DNA of 64,000 nucleotides from an uncultured Planctomycetales bacterium (GCA_964645795.1 CAZYCL010000001.1:287194-351193); one strand, 5' to 3'; positions 29,536 to 39,335 are shown, counted from the stretch's first letter. Program-made: numbers and translations. Notes: generated by a model from the letters alone, not told the origin.

Positions 29536-30813
29536 TCAGATATTGGGTTTTACTTCATCGATCTCTTTGCCGATCTCGATATCGATGTATTTGGATTTCT
29601 TTATCGCCAGTATCTGAGAGGGGTAGACGCTCCTGTGGCCGGTGATAAGGAAGCTGATAACGCAGGAGATGGCCGCGTATGGGGCGATCGCCGGGCCAAA
29701 AAGCTCTATGGCCATGATGCTGGCGGCGATGGGGGTATTGGCGGCTCCCGCCAGCACCGCCACGAAACCAAGGGCAGAGAACATCACGATGTTCAGATCG
29801 AATAACTGGGCCAGGAGGTTTCCGGCGCTGGCCCCTACGAAAAATATCGGAGTGACTATCCCGCCGCTGCCACCGAAATTAAGGGTGGCGCTGGTGGTCA
29901 GGGATTTTAGTATCACGGCATACCAGGGCGCGGCTGCTCCTTCAAGATAGGACTCGATGGAATCCAGGCCCAATCCCAGATAGTCCCTGGACACCAGCAG
30001 CGCCACTGCAATCAGGACGGCTCCGCCTATAAGGCCCTTTAGCGGCTTCCATATCTTTATCTTCTCCGAGAGATACTTACCTAATTGCAGCATCTCGATC
30101 AGGAAAAATGAGCAGATACCGAAAAATATCCCCGAAAGGACCACCTGATAGAAAAGGACCGGAGAAAAATTGAGCCTGGAGGACAAGGCGTGATGGAAGT
30201 AGCTGATGCCCAGCCCCGAAGAAACGTTATAGCTTATTACCCCGGCGATGAAAGACGGCAGCATCACGTCATAAAGCATGCTGCCCACAAAAAGCACCTC
30301 GACCCCGAATATCGCTCCGGCTATCGGGGTACCGAAAACGGAGGCGAAGCCCGCGCTGATACCGCAGATCACCAGCTTCCTGCGGTCATAGGCGTCAAAC
30401 CTGAAGACCCTGGCAAAAAATGATGCCAACCCCGCCCCGATCTGCGCGCAGGGCCCCTCTTTTCCGGCTGAACCCCCAAAAGCGATAGTGATCACCGTTG
30501 CTACAAGTTTTACCGGTACGACCATCAATTTAATCTTGGAAGCGCGCCGGTGAATGGCCTCTATCACTTTCTCGGTGCCGTGGCCTTCGGCGTCCGGGGC
30601 AAGCAGCCGGATCACCAGGGCGCTGGCAAATAAGGCCGGCGGGACAAACAGAAAATAATAGTTGTTGGCGCCTGCTGCCGAAGAGGCCCAGTTCAGGGAC
30701 TTCAGAAAAAACGCGGTCGCCGTGCCCACGATTATCCCGATGGCGGAAGCCAAAAATACCCACTTAAGGACGCTGTAAAATATTATGCTTGTCTCTTTTA
30801 ACCGTCTGACCAT
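29536..30813 (-). CDS. ClC family chloride channel / H+-Cl- antiporter
   Basis: GSGGIVTP, GKEGP, GASAGN selectivity-filter motifs. Confidence 0.8.
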   Translation of the reverse strand: MVRRLKETSIIFYSVLKWVFLASAIGIIVGTATAFFLKSLNWASSAAGANNYYFLFVPPALFASALVIRLLAPDAEGHGTEKVIEAIHRRASKIKLMVVPVKLVATVITIAFGGSAGKEGPCAQIGAGLASFFARVFRFDAYDRRKLVICGISAGFASVFGTPIAGAIFGVEVLFVGSMLYDVMLPSFIAGVISYNVSSGLGISYFHHALSSRLNFSPVLFYQVVLSGIFFGICSFFLIEMLQLGKYLSEKIKIWKPLKGLIGGAVLIAVALLVSRDYLGLGLDSIESYLEGAAAPWYAVILKSLTTSATLNFGGSGGIVTPIFFVGASAGNLLAQLFDLNIVMFSALGFVAVLAGAANTPIAASIMAIELFGPAIAPYAAISCVISFLITGHRSVYPSQILAIKKSKYIDIEIGKEIDEVKPNI

Positions 30814-30870
30814 AAGAAATTTAGGGATTAGGTCCTGAAGGAAGAATGAACCGTCTTTACGAAGGGGCTT

Positions 30871-31284
30871 TTATTTATTGCCGGGCTTATATAATGCCGC
30901 GACGATCAAACCGGCTATGATGAACTCGGCCATGCCGTATAAAAACCACTCAAGCGCCAGGCCAAAAGGTATGGGATACATCACATACTGGCCGAATGAG
31001 CCTATAAAATTCATAAAAAGCCCCATAATGAGGCCGAACCTTACCCCCTCCGCCAAACCCTTTTTTTCGTATCCCTTGCCGAAGATATACACGAACGCGA
31101 CCGACATCACCAGCCCCGAGAGCGTGAATATCCACATCTTTTCCTGCATATCCGGCCTCCAGATATGCGCCAGCTTTTCATAGGCCGGCATAAGGATTAT
31201 GCCGTGGATAATGTAATCCATTATCTGAAACGCGGCAAAAACCGCTGCCGCCGCTAAAACCAGCCTGTTCATTTTAGTCTTCAT
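30871..31284 (-). CDS. Hypothetical 4-TM membrane protein
   Basis: 137 aa, hydrophobic helices, no recognisable motif. Confidence 0.4.
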   Translation of the reverse strand: MKTKMNRLVLAAAAVFAAFQIMDYIIHGIILMPAYEKLAHIWRPDMQEKMWIFTLSGLVMSVAFVYIFGKGYEKKGLAEGVRFGLIMGLFMNFIGSFGQYVMYPIPFGLALEWFLYGMAEFIIAGLIVAALYKPGNK

Positions 31285-31388
31285 CGTTTCTCCTTTGCTT
31301 CTATTCTATTCCAACGCCCGGTTCTAAGCAAGTTATATTTGAAATGGATTAGCTTTTAATTCCGCCTGTTATATAATATAATAAAATA

Positions 31389-33557
31389 ATGAGAAACCCG
31401 GCCAAGATTACTCCTGCTATCGAATGGTGGTTTGCCCAAGGTTACTTCCAGGGCGGCCCTTGCGACAAACGTTTCTTCATGGCCAGTATCTTCAAGGCCG
31501 ATACCGCGCCTAAGGGCAAGCCCTCCAAACCCGGCTTTACGCTGTTGCTTTCCCTGCTGGATCCGCAGACAGGAGAAAACCATAGCTTAAGCCAGACAGA
31601 CGCCGCCACATTAGAGCTTTTGTGCCGGACAGGGAAAGACCGGCGTTCATCGGGCCTTGACCCCGTGATGGTCAACTCCTACCTCGACGAACTAAGAGAG
31701 TACGGCCCTGCCCTGCCCATAAAACTGCAAAAAACTCCGGTATCATTTGAAAACGGACCGCTAAAGATAAAATGGGATCATTTTTCACTGTCAGAGTCCG
31801 GGGGATCTTTCCGCCTCTCTTTTCGTCAGCCTCATAACGGCAAACAATGTTCATTCGAACTTACTCCGCAATGCCAGCGCATCACCATAGAAGGCTCATC
31901 CGGCCGCTTTAAAGCACTGGATTACGTTACCTTTCCCCGGCTCAAGCTTAAAGGTAAATCAGGAGGCTCTCCTGTCCGCGGAGAAGCCTGGCTTGACCAC
32001 CAATGGGGAGATTTCGGCGGCTGGTTCATTGACCGCCCCGGAGGCAACAGGCTCCTTGGCTGGGACTGGTTCGGGATAAACCTCGATAACGCAGATGACC
32101 TGCTGGTCATGACGCACCGCGATATGCAAAAGGACATCCCCGTAGCGCAGTTCGCGCTGCTTTCCAGAAAAAAGGAGTACCCGCGCCTGTTAAAGGATGT
32201 AGAGCTCCGGCCAATAAGGTATTGGGAGAGCAAAACCACTTTTATCAGGTATCCTATTGCCTGGAGTATAAAAATACCTTCGCTTAAATGCGAGCTTGTC
32301 TTTGAGCCTCTGGCAGACGACCAGGAGATAAAAACCATCGGATTCATGCGGGCGATCTGGGAAGGCGCGGGGACGGTCAAGGGCAGGCTGGAGGGTAAAC
32401 GCGTATCCGGCAGGGCCAGGCTTGAACTCTTTGGCTATGGTTTCATCTTTGATTACAAGGACTACGCCCAAAGGCTGATAAAGCGCATTGACAAAAGCAT
32501 AGAAGATTTCCTGCCTAAAGAGATCGGGCGAAAGCATCTAGCAAAGTATGCCGGACCGGACTGCCGCAGCTGTGATCCCTCTGTTTATACCCGCACGCTT
32601 TCGCTGCCGCTCTGGGACCTGATGTCGCGGCCGGGAAAACACTGGCGTTCTATTTTTAACGCCCTCATGCTGGAGGCGCTGGGAAAATCCTTCATCCCCT
32701 ATGAATCCCTGGTAGCTGTGATCCCGGAGCTCACCCACGCCGGCTCCCTAATAATTGACGATATCGAAGACGGCTCAAAGCTGCGCCGCAAGAATAAATG
32801 CATACATTTGCGTTATGGGCTCGATACTTCCTTAAATGCCGCCAATACTGCCTACTTCCTTCCCTACCTGGTCATCAGCGACCACCCGCTCCTATCGGAT
32901 AGCCAAAGGCTGGAGTTATTCCGCATCATGGTGCGGCAGTTCTCCCGCGCGCACCTCGGGCAGGGCCAGGACATTTTCTGGTCCAAAAACATGAATATAA
33001 ACAATCTGAATCGCTGGCTAAACAATAAAACCCGCGGCCAGATCCTGCAGATGTATGCCTATAAGACCGCGGCAATCGTAGAGGGGATAGCAGAATCCGC
33101 AGCAGTTATCGCGCAGGCCGATGCTGCTGTGCGCAAGGCCTGCGCTTCTTTTGGGCGCAAATTGGGGGTGGCTTTTCAGATCATCGATGACTTAAACGAA
33201 CTTTCGGGCCTGGATAAGGACAACGCAGCCCCCGGCGAAGACATCTTTTCCGGAAAACTAACTTATATAATGTTCACTGCCCTGACGAAATTAAAAGGCC
33301 GCGATAAAAGACGCCTGCAGATGATCGTCTGCTCGAAAAAACCCTCGCTATCGCTTATTAATGAAGGGCTCAGGTTGGTGCGGGCCTCAGGCGCCATAGA
33401 AGAATCCCACAGGTTTGCCAAAAATCTGGTAGAGACTGAATGGCGAAGCTTATCAGCTCATCTTGCCCCTTCGGAGCCAAAGACGATGCTTAGGCTATTA
33501 TGCACCAAGCTTCTCCAGATAAACGCAACCTCATCAGACAAAAAACACGAGAGATAA
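31389..33557 (+). CDS. Two-domain fusion. The N-terminal domain is CrtC/AttH-like (lipocalin-like carotenoid 1,2-hydratase family). The C-terminal domain is polyprenyl-synthase-like (isoprenoid synthase fold).
   Basis: N-terminal IEWWFAQGYFQG and GEAWLDHQWGDFGG (the EWWY and WxDHEW motifs of CrtC/AttH). C-terminal IIDDIEDGSKLRRK (FARM-like) and FQIIDDLNELSG (SARM-like). Confidence 0.55.
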   Translation: MRNPAKITPAIEWWFAQGYFQGGPCDKRFFMASIFKADTAPKGKPSKPGFTLLLSLLDPQTGENHSLSQTDAATLELLCRTGKDRRSSGLDPVMVNSYLDELREYGPALPIKLQKTPVSFENGPLKIKWDHFSLSESGGSFRLSFRQPHNGKQCSFELTPQCQRITIEGSSGRFKALDYVTFPRLKLKGKSGGSPVRGEAWLDHQWGDFGGWFIDRPGGNRLLGWDWFGINLDNADDLLVMTHRDMQKDIPVAQFALLSRKKEYPRLLKDVELRPIRYWESKTTFIRYPIAWSIKIPSLKCELVFEPLADDQEIKTIGFMRAIWEGAGTVKGRLEGKRVSGRARLELFGYGFIFDYKDYAQRLIKRIDKSIEDFLPKEIGRKHLAKYAGPDCRSCDPSVYTRTLSLPLWDLMSRPGKHWRSIFNALMLEALGKSFIPYESLVAVIPELTHAGSLIIDDIEDGSKLRRKNKCIHLRYGLDTSLNAANTAYFLPYLVISDHPLLSDSQRLELFRIMVRQFSRAHLGQGQDIFWSKNMNINNLNRWLNNKTRGQILQMYAYKTAAIVEGIAESAAVIAQADAAVRKACASFGRKLGVAFQIIDDLNELSGLDKDNAAPGEDIFSGKLTYIMFTALTKLKGRDKRRLQMIVCSKKPSLSLINEGLRLVRASGAIEESHRFAKNLVETEWRSLSAHLAPSEPKTMLRLLCTKLLQINATSSDKKHER

Positions 33558-33559
33558 AT

Positions 33560-34678
33560 ATGAATCTCCTTTCATTCCTAATTAAGGACCTTCTGCGCCG
33601 CAAGCTGCGCATCCTGCTTACCATCGCGGGGGTGGCGGTGGGGCTGGCTGCCTGCACCATAATGCTGGGCTTAAGCCAGAGCATCCGCGATTCTTTCCGC
33701 CTGGCCCACTCCAACCGCAATATCGATATCATCGTATTTGAAAAGGACGGATACAACATCCTCTCCAGCAAAGTAGACGAAGCGATAATCCGGCAGCTAC
33801 AACGGCTGCCTGAAGTGGAATCCGCTGCCGCAGCCATCCTTGACCTGCAAAAGTTCGATAACCGGTATCTGCCGCTGTTCGGCTGGGCCCCCGGCTCACT
33901 GCTCTATGACCAGATAGTGATCAGCTCCGGGAGAAAACCGGCGCAAGCCGCCAATGAAGTGATCGTCGGCGATCTCTTTGCCCGGGCATCGGAGAAAAAG
34001 ATCGGGGACAAACTCTCCATAAAGGGGCAGCCTTTCGAGATCGTAGGCGTCTTTAAAAGCCAGGTGCCGTTTGAAAGGTCGGCACTGGTCATTTCGCTGG
34101 ATATGCTGCAGAGGATAAAGAATACGGGTGCTACGGTAGCGGCAGTGCACCTGCGTTTAAAAAGCGGATACAGAAACAAAGATACCGTTGATGCTGTATC
34201 CCGCAGGATAGAAGAGCTTTACCCTAAAATAAGCGCCCAGCCCGCAGATATCTTTATGAGCGAAAAGACCCGTCAGATAATCTTAGGCGAGAAGTTCTCC
34301 CTGCTTATCGCGATAGTCATAATCGTGGCAGTGGTGCTGGGCCTTTCCAATACCATGATCACCACGGTATTTGAGCAGAGAAAGCTCATGGGCGTGCTTA
34401 TTGCCCTTGGCTGGCAGAAAAGCGACGTCTTAAAGCTGGTATTTTCGCAGGCCCTGCTTCTGGTCTTTTTTGCCGGGGCCATCGGCGCAGGGATCGGTTT
34501 CTATGCCACCGCAGGCGTATTCAGGATGATGGAGATAAGCGTATTTGCCCCGGCGCAAGACTTCATATTTATCTTAAAGGTCGCCGGGATGATCCTTGTC
34601 TCGGGCCTGGCCGCAGCCTTGATCCCTGCCTGGATCATCATCAACTTAAACCCCGTCGAGGTGATCAAAAGTGAATAA
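33560..34678 (+). CDS. ABC transporter permease (FtsX/MacB-LolC type). Start taken at the internal ATG 33560, directly after the upstream stop.
   Basis: N-terminal TM helix, ~200-aa periplasmic domain, three C-terminal TM helices. The ORF-track N-extension overlaps the upstream gene. Confidence 0.7.
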   Translation: MNLLSFLIKDLLRRKLRILLTIAGVAVGLAACTIMLGLSQSIRDSFRLAHSNRNIDIIVFEKDGYNILSSKVDEAIIRQLQRLPEVESAAAAILDLQKFDNRYLPLFGWAPGSLLYDQIVISSGRKPAQAANEVIVGDLFARASEKKIGDKLSIKGQPFEIVGVFKSQVPFERSALVISLDMLQRIKNTGATVAAVHLRLKSGYRNKDTVDAVSRRIEELYPKISAQPADIFMSEKTRQIILGEKFSLLIAIVIIVAVVLGLSNTMITTVFEQRKLMGVLIALGWQKSDVLKLVFSQALLLVFFAGAIGAGIGFYATAGVFRMMEISVFAPAQDFIFILKVAGMILVSGLAAALIPAWIIINLNPVEVIKSE

Positions 34679-35351
34679 ACCGGGCGATGATATACTTATC
34701 CGTTGTCAGGGTTTAAGCAAAACCTATCCCAATACCCGGACCAATGCCCTGCGCCAGGTCCAGCTTGACATCCGCCGCGCTGAATTCATAAGCATTACCG
34801 GCCCCAGCGGCAGCGGCAAATCTACCTTCCTTAATATTCTCGCCGCGCTTATTGAGCCAACAGAAGGAGAAGTGTCCTTCAGGGGCCGCCCGTACTCAGA
34901 GATAAAAAATAAACCACTTTTCAGGCGCGAGAATATCGGCTATATCTTCCAGGACTTCTATCTCTACCCCGGTTTCAGCGCGCTGGAAAACATCCTTATC
35001 GCCAGTGCCTACAGCCTCCTCAGGCCGCGCTCACTTAAAGACCGGGCCTTAGAGCTCCTCTCCTATCTTAATCTGGGCTCAAAAGCATTACTTAAGGTAA
35101 ATACGCTTTCTGCCGGAGAGCGCCAGAGGGTTTGTATCGCCCGGGCCCTCATTCACCAGCCGGCGCTGATCCTGGCGGATGAGCCTACCGGCAGCCTCGA
35201 CAGCAATAACGCAAGGGCCATTATGGATATCTTAAAGGTAATCAACGCCGAGAAGGAAGCGACCATTATCATGGCTACCCATGATATGCGCATGGCCGGC
35301 TATGCCCACAGGAACATAGCAATTGAGGATGGGGTCCTTAGGAGATCTTAA
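34671..35351 (+). CDS. ABC transporter ATP-binding protein (LolD/MacB-ATPase type)
   Basis: [35 protein letters not shown]. Confidence 0.85.
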   Translation: MNKPGDDILIRCQGLSKTYPNTRTNALRQVQLDIRRAEFISITGPSGSGKSTFLNILAALIEPTEGEVSFRGRPYSEIKNKPLFRRENIGYIFQDFYLYPGFSALENILIASAYSLLRPRSLKDRALELLSYLNLGSKALLKVNTLSAGERQRVCIARALIHQPALILADEPTGSLDSNNARAIMDILKVINAEKEATIIMATHDMRMAGYAHRNIAIEDGVLRRS

Positions 35352-35640
35352 CGGAAAATTGCATTATATGAATGGTCAGAATTGCCACGCCCAGCGCAAT
35401 ACGCAGGCACCGGTATAGCTGCTGCCTGGCAGAGCTCTCCCTGTGCCTGAAGATATCTACCCAGCCTTCCAAAACCAGAAACCCTCCCATGATCAGGGCC
35501 GAGACATCCACCGTGACCGGGTCAAGATAGCTGCAGCCGCGCACCTCTTTATTGGCGCTGCTCTGAATAAGGAAAGCGCCGACAAAGGCTAAAAGGCTCA
35601 AGAGCCAGGCCTGGATCTCTGTCTTGTTTATGTTATTCAT
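35338..35640 (-). CDS. Small hypothetical membrane protein
   Basis: 100 aa, 3 predicted TM helices, last gene of the iron-locus transcription unit. Confidence 0.35.
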   Translation of the reverse strand: MNNINKTEIQAWLLSLLAFVGAFLIQSSANKEVRGCSYLDPVTVDVSALIMGGFLVLEGWVDIFRHRESSARQQLYRCLRIALGVAILTIHIMQFSVKIS

Positions 35641-35651
35641 GAAGATTTCTG

Positions 35652-36527
35652 TTAAACCTCGATCCCGAACACATTCCTTATCGCCAGCCCGATGAGAAAG
35701 TTAATCGCTGCGACGCTAAGGCTTATCCCGGCCATCTCCAGGAACCTTTTCCTGAAATCAAGCCCTTTAGCCACCGAAATGTAGTAGGTAAAGCAGAATA
35801 TCAAAATAAGCGAAAAGGCGACTACCAGGCCCAGGCAAAGAAACATATTATCAAACAATAAGTAGGGAAAGACCAAAAGCGCTACGGTCCCGATATAGGC
35901 GCTTCCCGTATAGATACTGGCCTTAACGGGGTCCTTGTCCGTCTCTTCGTGCTTGGTAGAAAGGTACTCGGAGGCAGCCATAGACATGGCAGCGGCAATG
36001 CCGGTGATCAGCCCCACGACGGCAATAAGCTTTGTCTTCTGCAGTGCAAGCGTAAACCCGACCAGGGCGCCGCTTAACTCTACCAGGGCGTCGTTAAGGC
36101 CCAGCACCATGGAGCTGACGTACTTTAGTCGCTCCTCGTCTATCAGGCTGATCAGTTCGTTCTCATGGCTCTTTTCGTCCTTGATCACCTCTTCTATTTT
36201 AGGCGAAACTTCTTTAATCTTTTCATAGGCATCCTGGGCCAGGTCCTCGCCGTTTTCCATGAGCTTTAAGCCGAAGTTCAGGCCCAAGATCTTAGAGATA
36301 GCCACAAAGATAAGGATCTTGCGCTTATCAGGGGAAACCTCCTGACCGGTAAGGGTTTTGAAATAATCGTAATGCGCCAGCTCTTCGCCGGCTATCCTCT
36401 CCAGGATTTCGGCGTGCTTTGAGGCCTTTACAAATCCGGCCAGCTTCTTATAAACCACATGCTCGGTGATCTCATTCCTCTGCGCCCGCAGGGCCTCTCT
36501 TCTCAAGCCAGGGCTTAATGGATCCAT
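35652..36527 (-). CDS. MbfA-like membrane-bound erythrin-VIT1 iron exporter (ferritin-like N-terminal domain plus VIT1/CCC1 domain)
   Basis: N-terminal E...ExxH ferritin-like helices (EELAHYDYF, DEKSHENEL) followed by VIT1-type TM helices. Confidence 0.7.
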   Translation of the reverse strand: MDPLSPGLRREALRAQRNEITEHVVYKKLAGFVKASKHAEILERIAGEELAHYDYFKTLTGQEVSPDKRKILIFVAISKILGLNFGLKLMENGEDLAQDAYEKIKEVSPKIEEVIKDEKSHENELISLIDEERLKYVSSMVLGLNDALVELSGALVGFTLALQKTKLIAVVGLITGIAAAMSMAASEYLSTKHEETDKDPVKASIYTGSAYIGTVALLVFPYLLFDNMFLCLGLVVAFSLILIFCFTYYISVAKGLDFRKRFLEMAGISLSVAAINFLIGLAIRNVFGIEV

Positions 36528-36552
36528 CTTTAGCGCCTCTCTATTCCTCGGC

Positions 36553-36852
36553 CTACCTTTTTCTTATTTCTTCCTCTACCTCTTCTGCGCCCTCATCGTA
36601 GAACTTCTGCTCATCAGGGGCCAGCTCCTTTAAGAGCCTCAGGAACTCTCCTGCATGCACTTTTTCTTCATCCGCGATATCCCTTAAGACTTCCTGCGAC
36701 AGTTTATGGTCGGTTGACTCCGCAAGCTGCATATAAAGCTGTATCGCCTCGTACTCCGCGGCGATCATGAAGCGGATAGCGCGGATAAGCTCCTCTTTGG
36801 CGATCTTCTTATCCCTGGATAGCCCTGAAAACGGCGTGCAAAATTCCGGCAT
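36553..36852 (-). CDS. Two-helix erythrin/half-ferritin-like protein (single E...ExxH diiron half-site)
   Basis: AAEYEAIQLY on helix 1 and ADEEKVHAGEF on helix 2. 99 aa. SD AGGAGG. Confidence 0.5.
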   Translation of the reverse strand: MPEFCTPFSGLSRDKKIAKEELIRAIRFMIAAEYEAIQLYMQLAESTDHKLSQEVLRDIADEEKVHAGEFLRLLKELAPDEQKFYDEGAEEVEEEIRKR

Positions 36853-36871
36853 GACAAACCTCCTTTATTGT

Positions 36872-37000
36872 TTAACCTTTGATCTTTACCATCGGCTGCT
36901 GGCAGCAGACCAGCTCCCCGCCGCCTGCCTTCTTAACCTCCACGACATTGCCGCAGACTTCGCACTTATATACTTCTCCCTCTTTTTCTACTCTTGCCAT
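36872..37000 (-). CDS. Desulforedoxin-like small protein (42 aa). Not in the ORF track.
   Basis: Minus strand: [42 protein letters not shown], with CxxC...CC spacing like desulforedoxin. AGGAGGGGG SD lies 6 nt upstream. Confidence 0.6.
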   Translation of the reverse strand: MARVEKEGEVYKCEVCGNVVEVKKAGGGELVCCQQPMVKIKG

Positions 37001-37021
37001 ACCCCCTCCTGTCCAAAGATT

Positions 37022-37765
37022 TTATTTTACTTCCACCGTAGCGTTAGAGTCAAAAGGATTGGTCCTGGCTGCCAGCGAAAAAAGATACGGGTAATCGTGT
37101 TTTAGGTACTTCATATGATCCAGCCACTGCAGGATAAGCCCGTGGTAGGCCCTCTTTATGTCTCCAGCCAGATGCTGATAATCCGTATCCGGCAGCTTCT
37201 TTAAGTCTGCGCGGTGCGCCAGCTCATCGGTCAGGTGGAATACCGCCCAAAGCAGATTGGTAAATGACTCGTGCTCCAGCATATTGGGGTTCTCCAGCAG
37301 CCCGAGCATGAACTGCCTTTTGGAAACCAGGAAATCCTTTACTTCTGCCAAGCCCCCCTTTTTGCTGTCAACCCCTATATCGAAGCCCTCTATCTTCTTG
37401 CGCGCAGAGATAAACTCCTTATCCGACCAGTCTTTGGTCACTACCAACTGCGCAGCCAGCCTTGAAAGCTCCGGGGCAAACTGCGAGCACCTCTTCAAGA
37501 GCTCAGTGCCCACTTCGCTGAAAAAAGTCCCGATGACCATGTTCAGCTTCTTCATGATCGTCTGTTTCTCCCGGTATTCAAGCAAGCGGTGCAGGACCAG
37601 CATCACGATCAGCACATCCAAAAAAAGAAAAGCAATGTCGCCTACAAGATAAAGGAATATATGGTGGGCGTCCCTGAATATAAAATAGTGGATAAAATAG
37701 AAAAGCGCCGAGAGAAAAACCAGGATGAGCGCCAGTATGAGCTGCCAGCTGCGAATAAGCTTCAT
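37022..37765 (-). CDS. Hypothetical membrane protein (3 TM helices plus a cytoplasmic domain)
   Basis: 247 aa, no recognisable motif. It is the first gene before the desulforedoxin gene. Confidence 0.4.
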   Translation of the reverse strand: MKLIRSWQLILALILVFLSALFYFIHYFIFRDAHHIFLYLVGDIAFLFLDVLIVMLVLHRLLEYREKQTIMKKLNMVIGTFFSEVGTELLKRCSQFAPELSRLAAQLVVTKDWSDKEFISARKKIEGFDIGVDSKKGGLAEVKDFLVSKRQFMLGLLENPNMLEHESFTNLLWAVFHLTDELAHRADLKKLPDTDYQHLAGDIKRAYHGLILQWLDHMKYLKHDYPYLFSLAARTNPFDSNATVEVK

Positions 37766-37779
37766 TTACCTACCTCTTT

Positions 37780-38592
37780 CTAGCCGAATGCCACATCCAG
37801 TATCATCATCGCCAAAAACCCTAAAATCGTACCTGCCGTAGCCAGGTCAGTATGGCCGTTGCGTTGTGATTCGGGTATGACCTCTTCGACTACGACGAAT
37901 ATCATCGCCCCTGCGGCAAAACCCAGGGCATAAGGAAGCAATGGCCTGGCCCATAAAACCGCTGCCGCGCCTAATACTGCGGCAATGGGTTCAACAATCG
38001 CGGAAAGCTGGCCGAACCAAAAACTCCTGAACTTGGACATTTTTTCGCGGCGAAGCGTTATCGATACGGCGAAGCCTTCAGGTATATTCTGGATGCCTAT
38101 ACCAAACGAAAGCACTATTGCCGCAGCCATTGTGGCTTCCGGTAAACCTAAAGCCGCCGCCCCGATTGCCACTCCCACAGCCAGGCCTTCCGGAATATTA
38201 TGCAACGTTATTGCCAGTATCAAGAGCACGCTTCGGCGCCAGGAAGTTTTTAGTCCTTCGGCCTCGGAAACGGAAAACCCCAGATGCAGATGGGGTAATA
38301 CCTTATCGATAGACCTTAAAAACAGGGTCCCTAAAAGGAGGCCGGCAGCGGCAGGCATCCAGGGGATCGTCCCGGCGTGATACGACATCTCGATCGCCGG
38401 AGAAAGCAGCGACCAGAAGCTTGCCGCCAGCATCACCCCGGCGGCAAATCCGAGCATGGAATCAAAGACCTTCTGGCTAAAATCTTTTGTGATAAATATG
38501 AAGGCAGCGCCCAAAGCAGTAAGCAGCCAGGTAAAACCGCCCGCTGCCAGCGCCTGCAATACGGGATGATAATTCTCGATATTAACGCTCAT
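37780..38592 (-). CDS. ZIP family metal (Zn/Fe) permease (ZupT-like)
   Basis: HNIPEGLAVG and QNIPEGFAV motifs. 8 TM helices. Confidence 0.8.
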   Translation of the reverse strand: MSVNIENYHPVLQALAAGGFTWLLTALGAAFIFITKDFSQKVFDSMLGFAAGVMLAASFWSLLSPAIEMSYHAGTIPWMPAAAGLLLGTLFLRSIDKVLPHLHLGFSVSEAEGLKTSWRRSVLLILAITLHNIPEGLAVGVAIGAAALGLPEATMAAAIVLSFGIGIQNIPEGFAVSITLRREKMSKFRSFWFGQLSAIVEPIAAVLGAAAVLWARPLLPYALGFAAGAMIFVVVEEVIPESQRNGHTDLATAGTILGFLAMMILDVAFG

Positions 38593-38658
38593 ATGTTCGT
38601 ATTATACCAAGTCCGGGGGGCGCCTGCAACAGAAACAGGCGCCCCCTTGACAGCCGTT

Positions 38659-39210
38659 TTACTTCAGGAACTTAGAGACAAAAGGCGACGTCTCGCCGCG
38701 GCGCATAAAATGCCCGGAAGGGCCTTCGCCGAGGAATTCGGCAAACCAGGACTCGTGCTCGATCTCTTCGTTAAGTATGGCCAGGACCAGATCGTAGGTG
38801 CGGTGGTCTTTGCCAGCGGTCATATTGCATATCTCGGTGTAACCCTTGACCGCGCATCTTTCCGCGTTAGCCAGGACCTTCAATATCCCCTCGACATCTT
38901 CGGGCGACTTCGGAAGATTCGCCGGCGGACATGCAGAAAGGTCATGGAACTTCTTCATGCAGTCCGGAAGCTTGCCTCCCAGCTCATAGATACGCGGGAC
39001 CAGCGCCTCAAAGTGGTTGCGGTCTTCGATCCTGGCGGTCTCGGCTATTTCCTTGACCCCCTCGCCCTTTAAACCAATTAGGTTGGCACGCAAGATCGTA
39101 TAATAGTAATAGGTGGTGATCTCTGCCGACGCGTTCTTTATCAACAGGTCCAACAACTTATCCAAATCCACTCCCGACTGTTTAACCATCTCGATCGCTA
39201 CTTTTGCCAT
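38659..39210 (-). CDS. Ferritin-like diiron protein (bacterioferritin/DPS-like family)
   Basis: Four-helix-bundle ligand pattern: SAEITTYYYY, IEDRNHFE, ANAERCAV, LNEEIEHESW. Confidence 0.6.
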   Translation of the reverse strand: MAKVAIEMVKQSGVDLDKLLDLLIKNASAEITTYYYYTILRANLIGLKGEGVKEIAETARIEDRNHFEALVPRIYELGGKLPDCMKKFHDLSACPPANLPKSPEDVEGILKVLANAERCAVKGYTEICNMTAGKDHRTYDLVLAILNEEIEHESWFAEFLGEGPSGHFMRRGETSPFVSKFLK

Positions 39211-39290
39211 TTTTCTCCTCCTGTTTTAGTATAGCAGCTTAAGTTTCAACTCTTTCTTTTGCAAAGCCTGCATTCCCTCCTTTCATACTT

Positions 39291-39306
39291 ATTACTAATT
39301 AGTAAT
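39291..39306. promoter_or_regulatory. Perfect 16-bp palindrome ATTACTAATTAGTAAT (candidate Fur/PerR-type operator) upstream of the ferritin-like gene
   Basis: Read directly. It lies between the fur 3' end and the ferritin-like gene start, followed by a third half-site TATTACTAA. Confidence 0.4.
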
Positions 39307-39335
39307 TATTACTAACGTTAAACCAAAAAAAAATT

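Noticed and set aside
38377-39072. Plus-strand 231-aa ORF spanning the ZIP/ferritin intergenic region
   Set aside because: It overlaps two well-supported minus-strand genes in antisense, has an Arg-rich composition, and has no SD.
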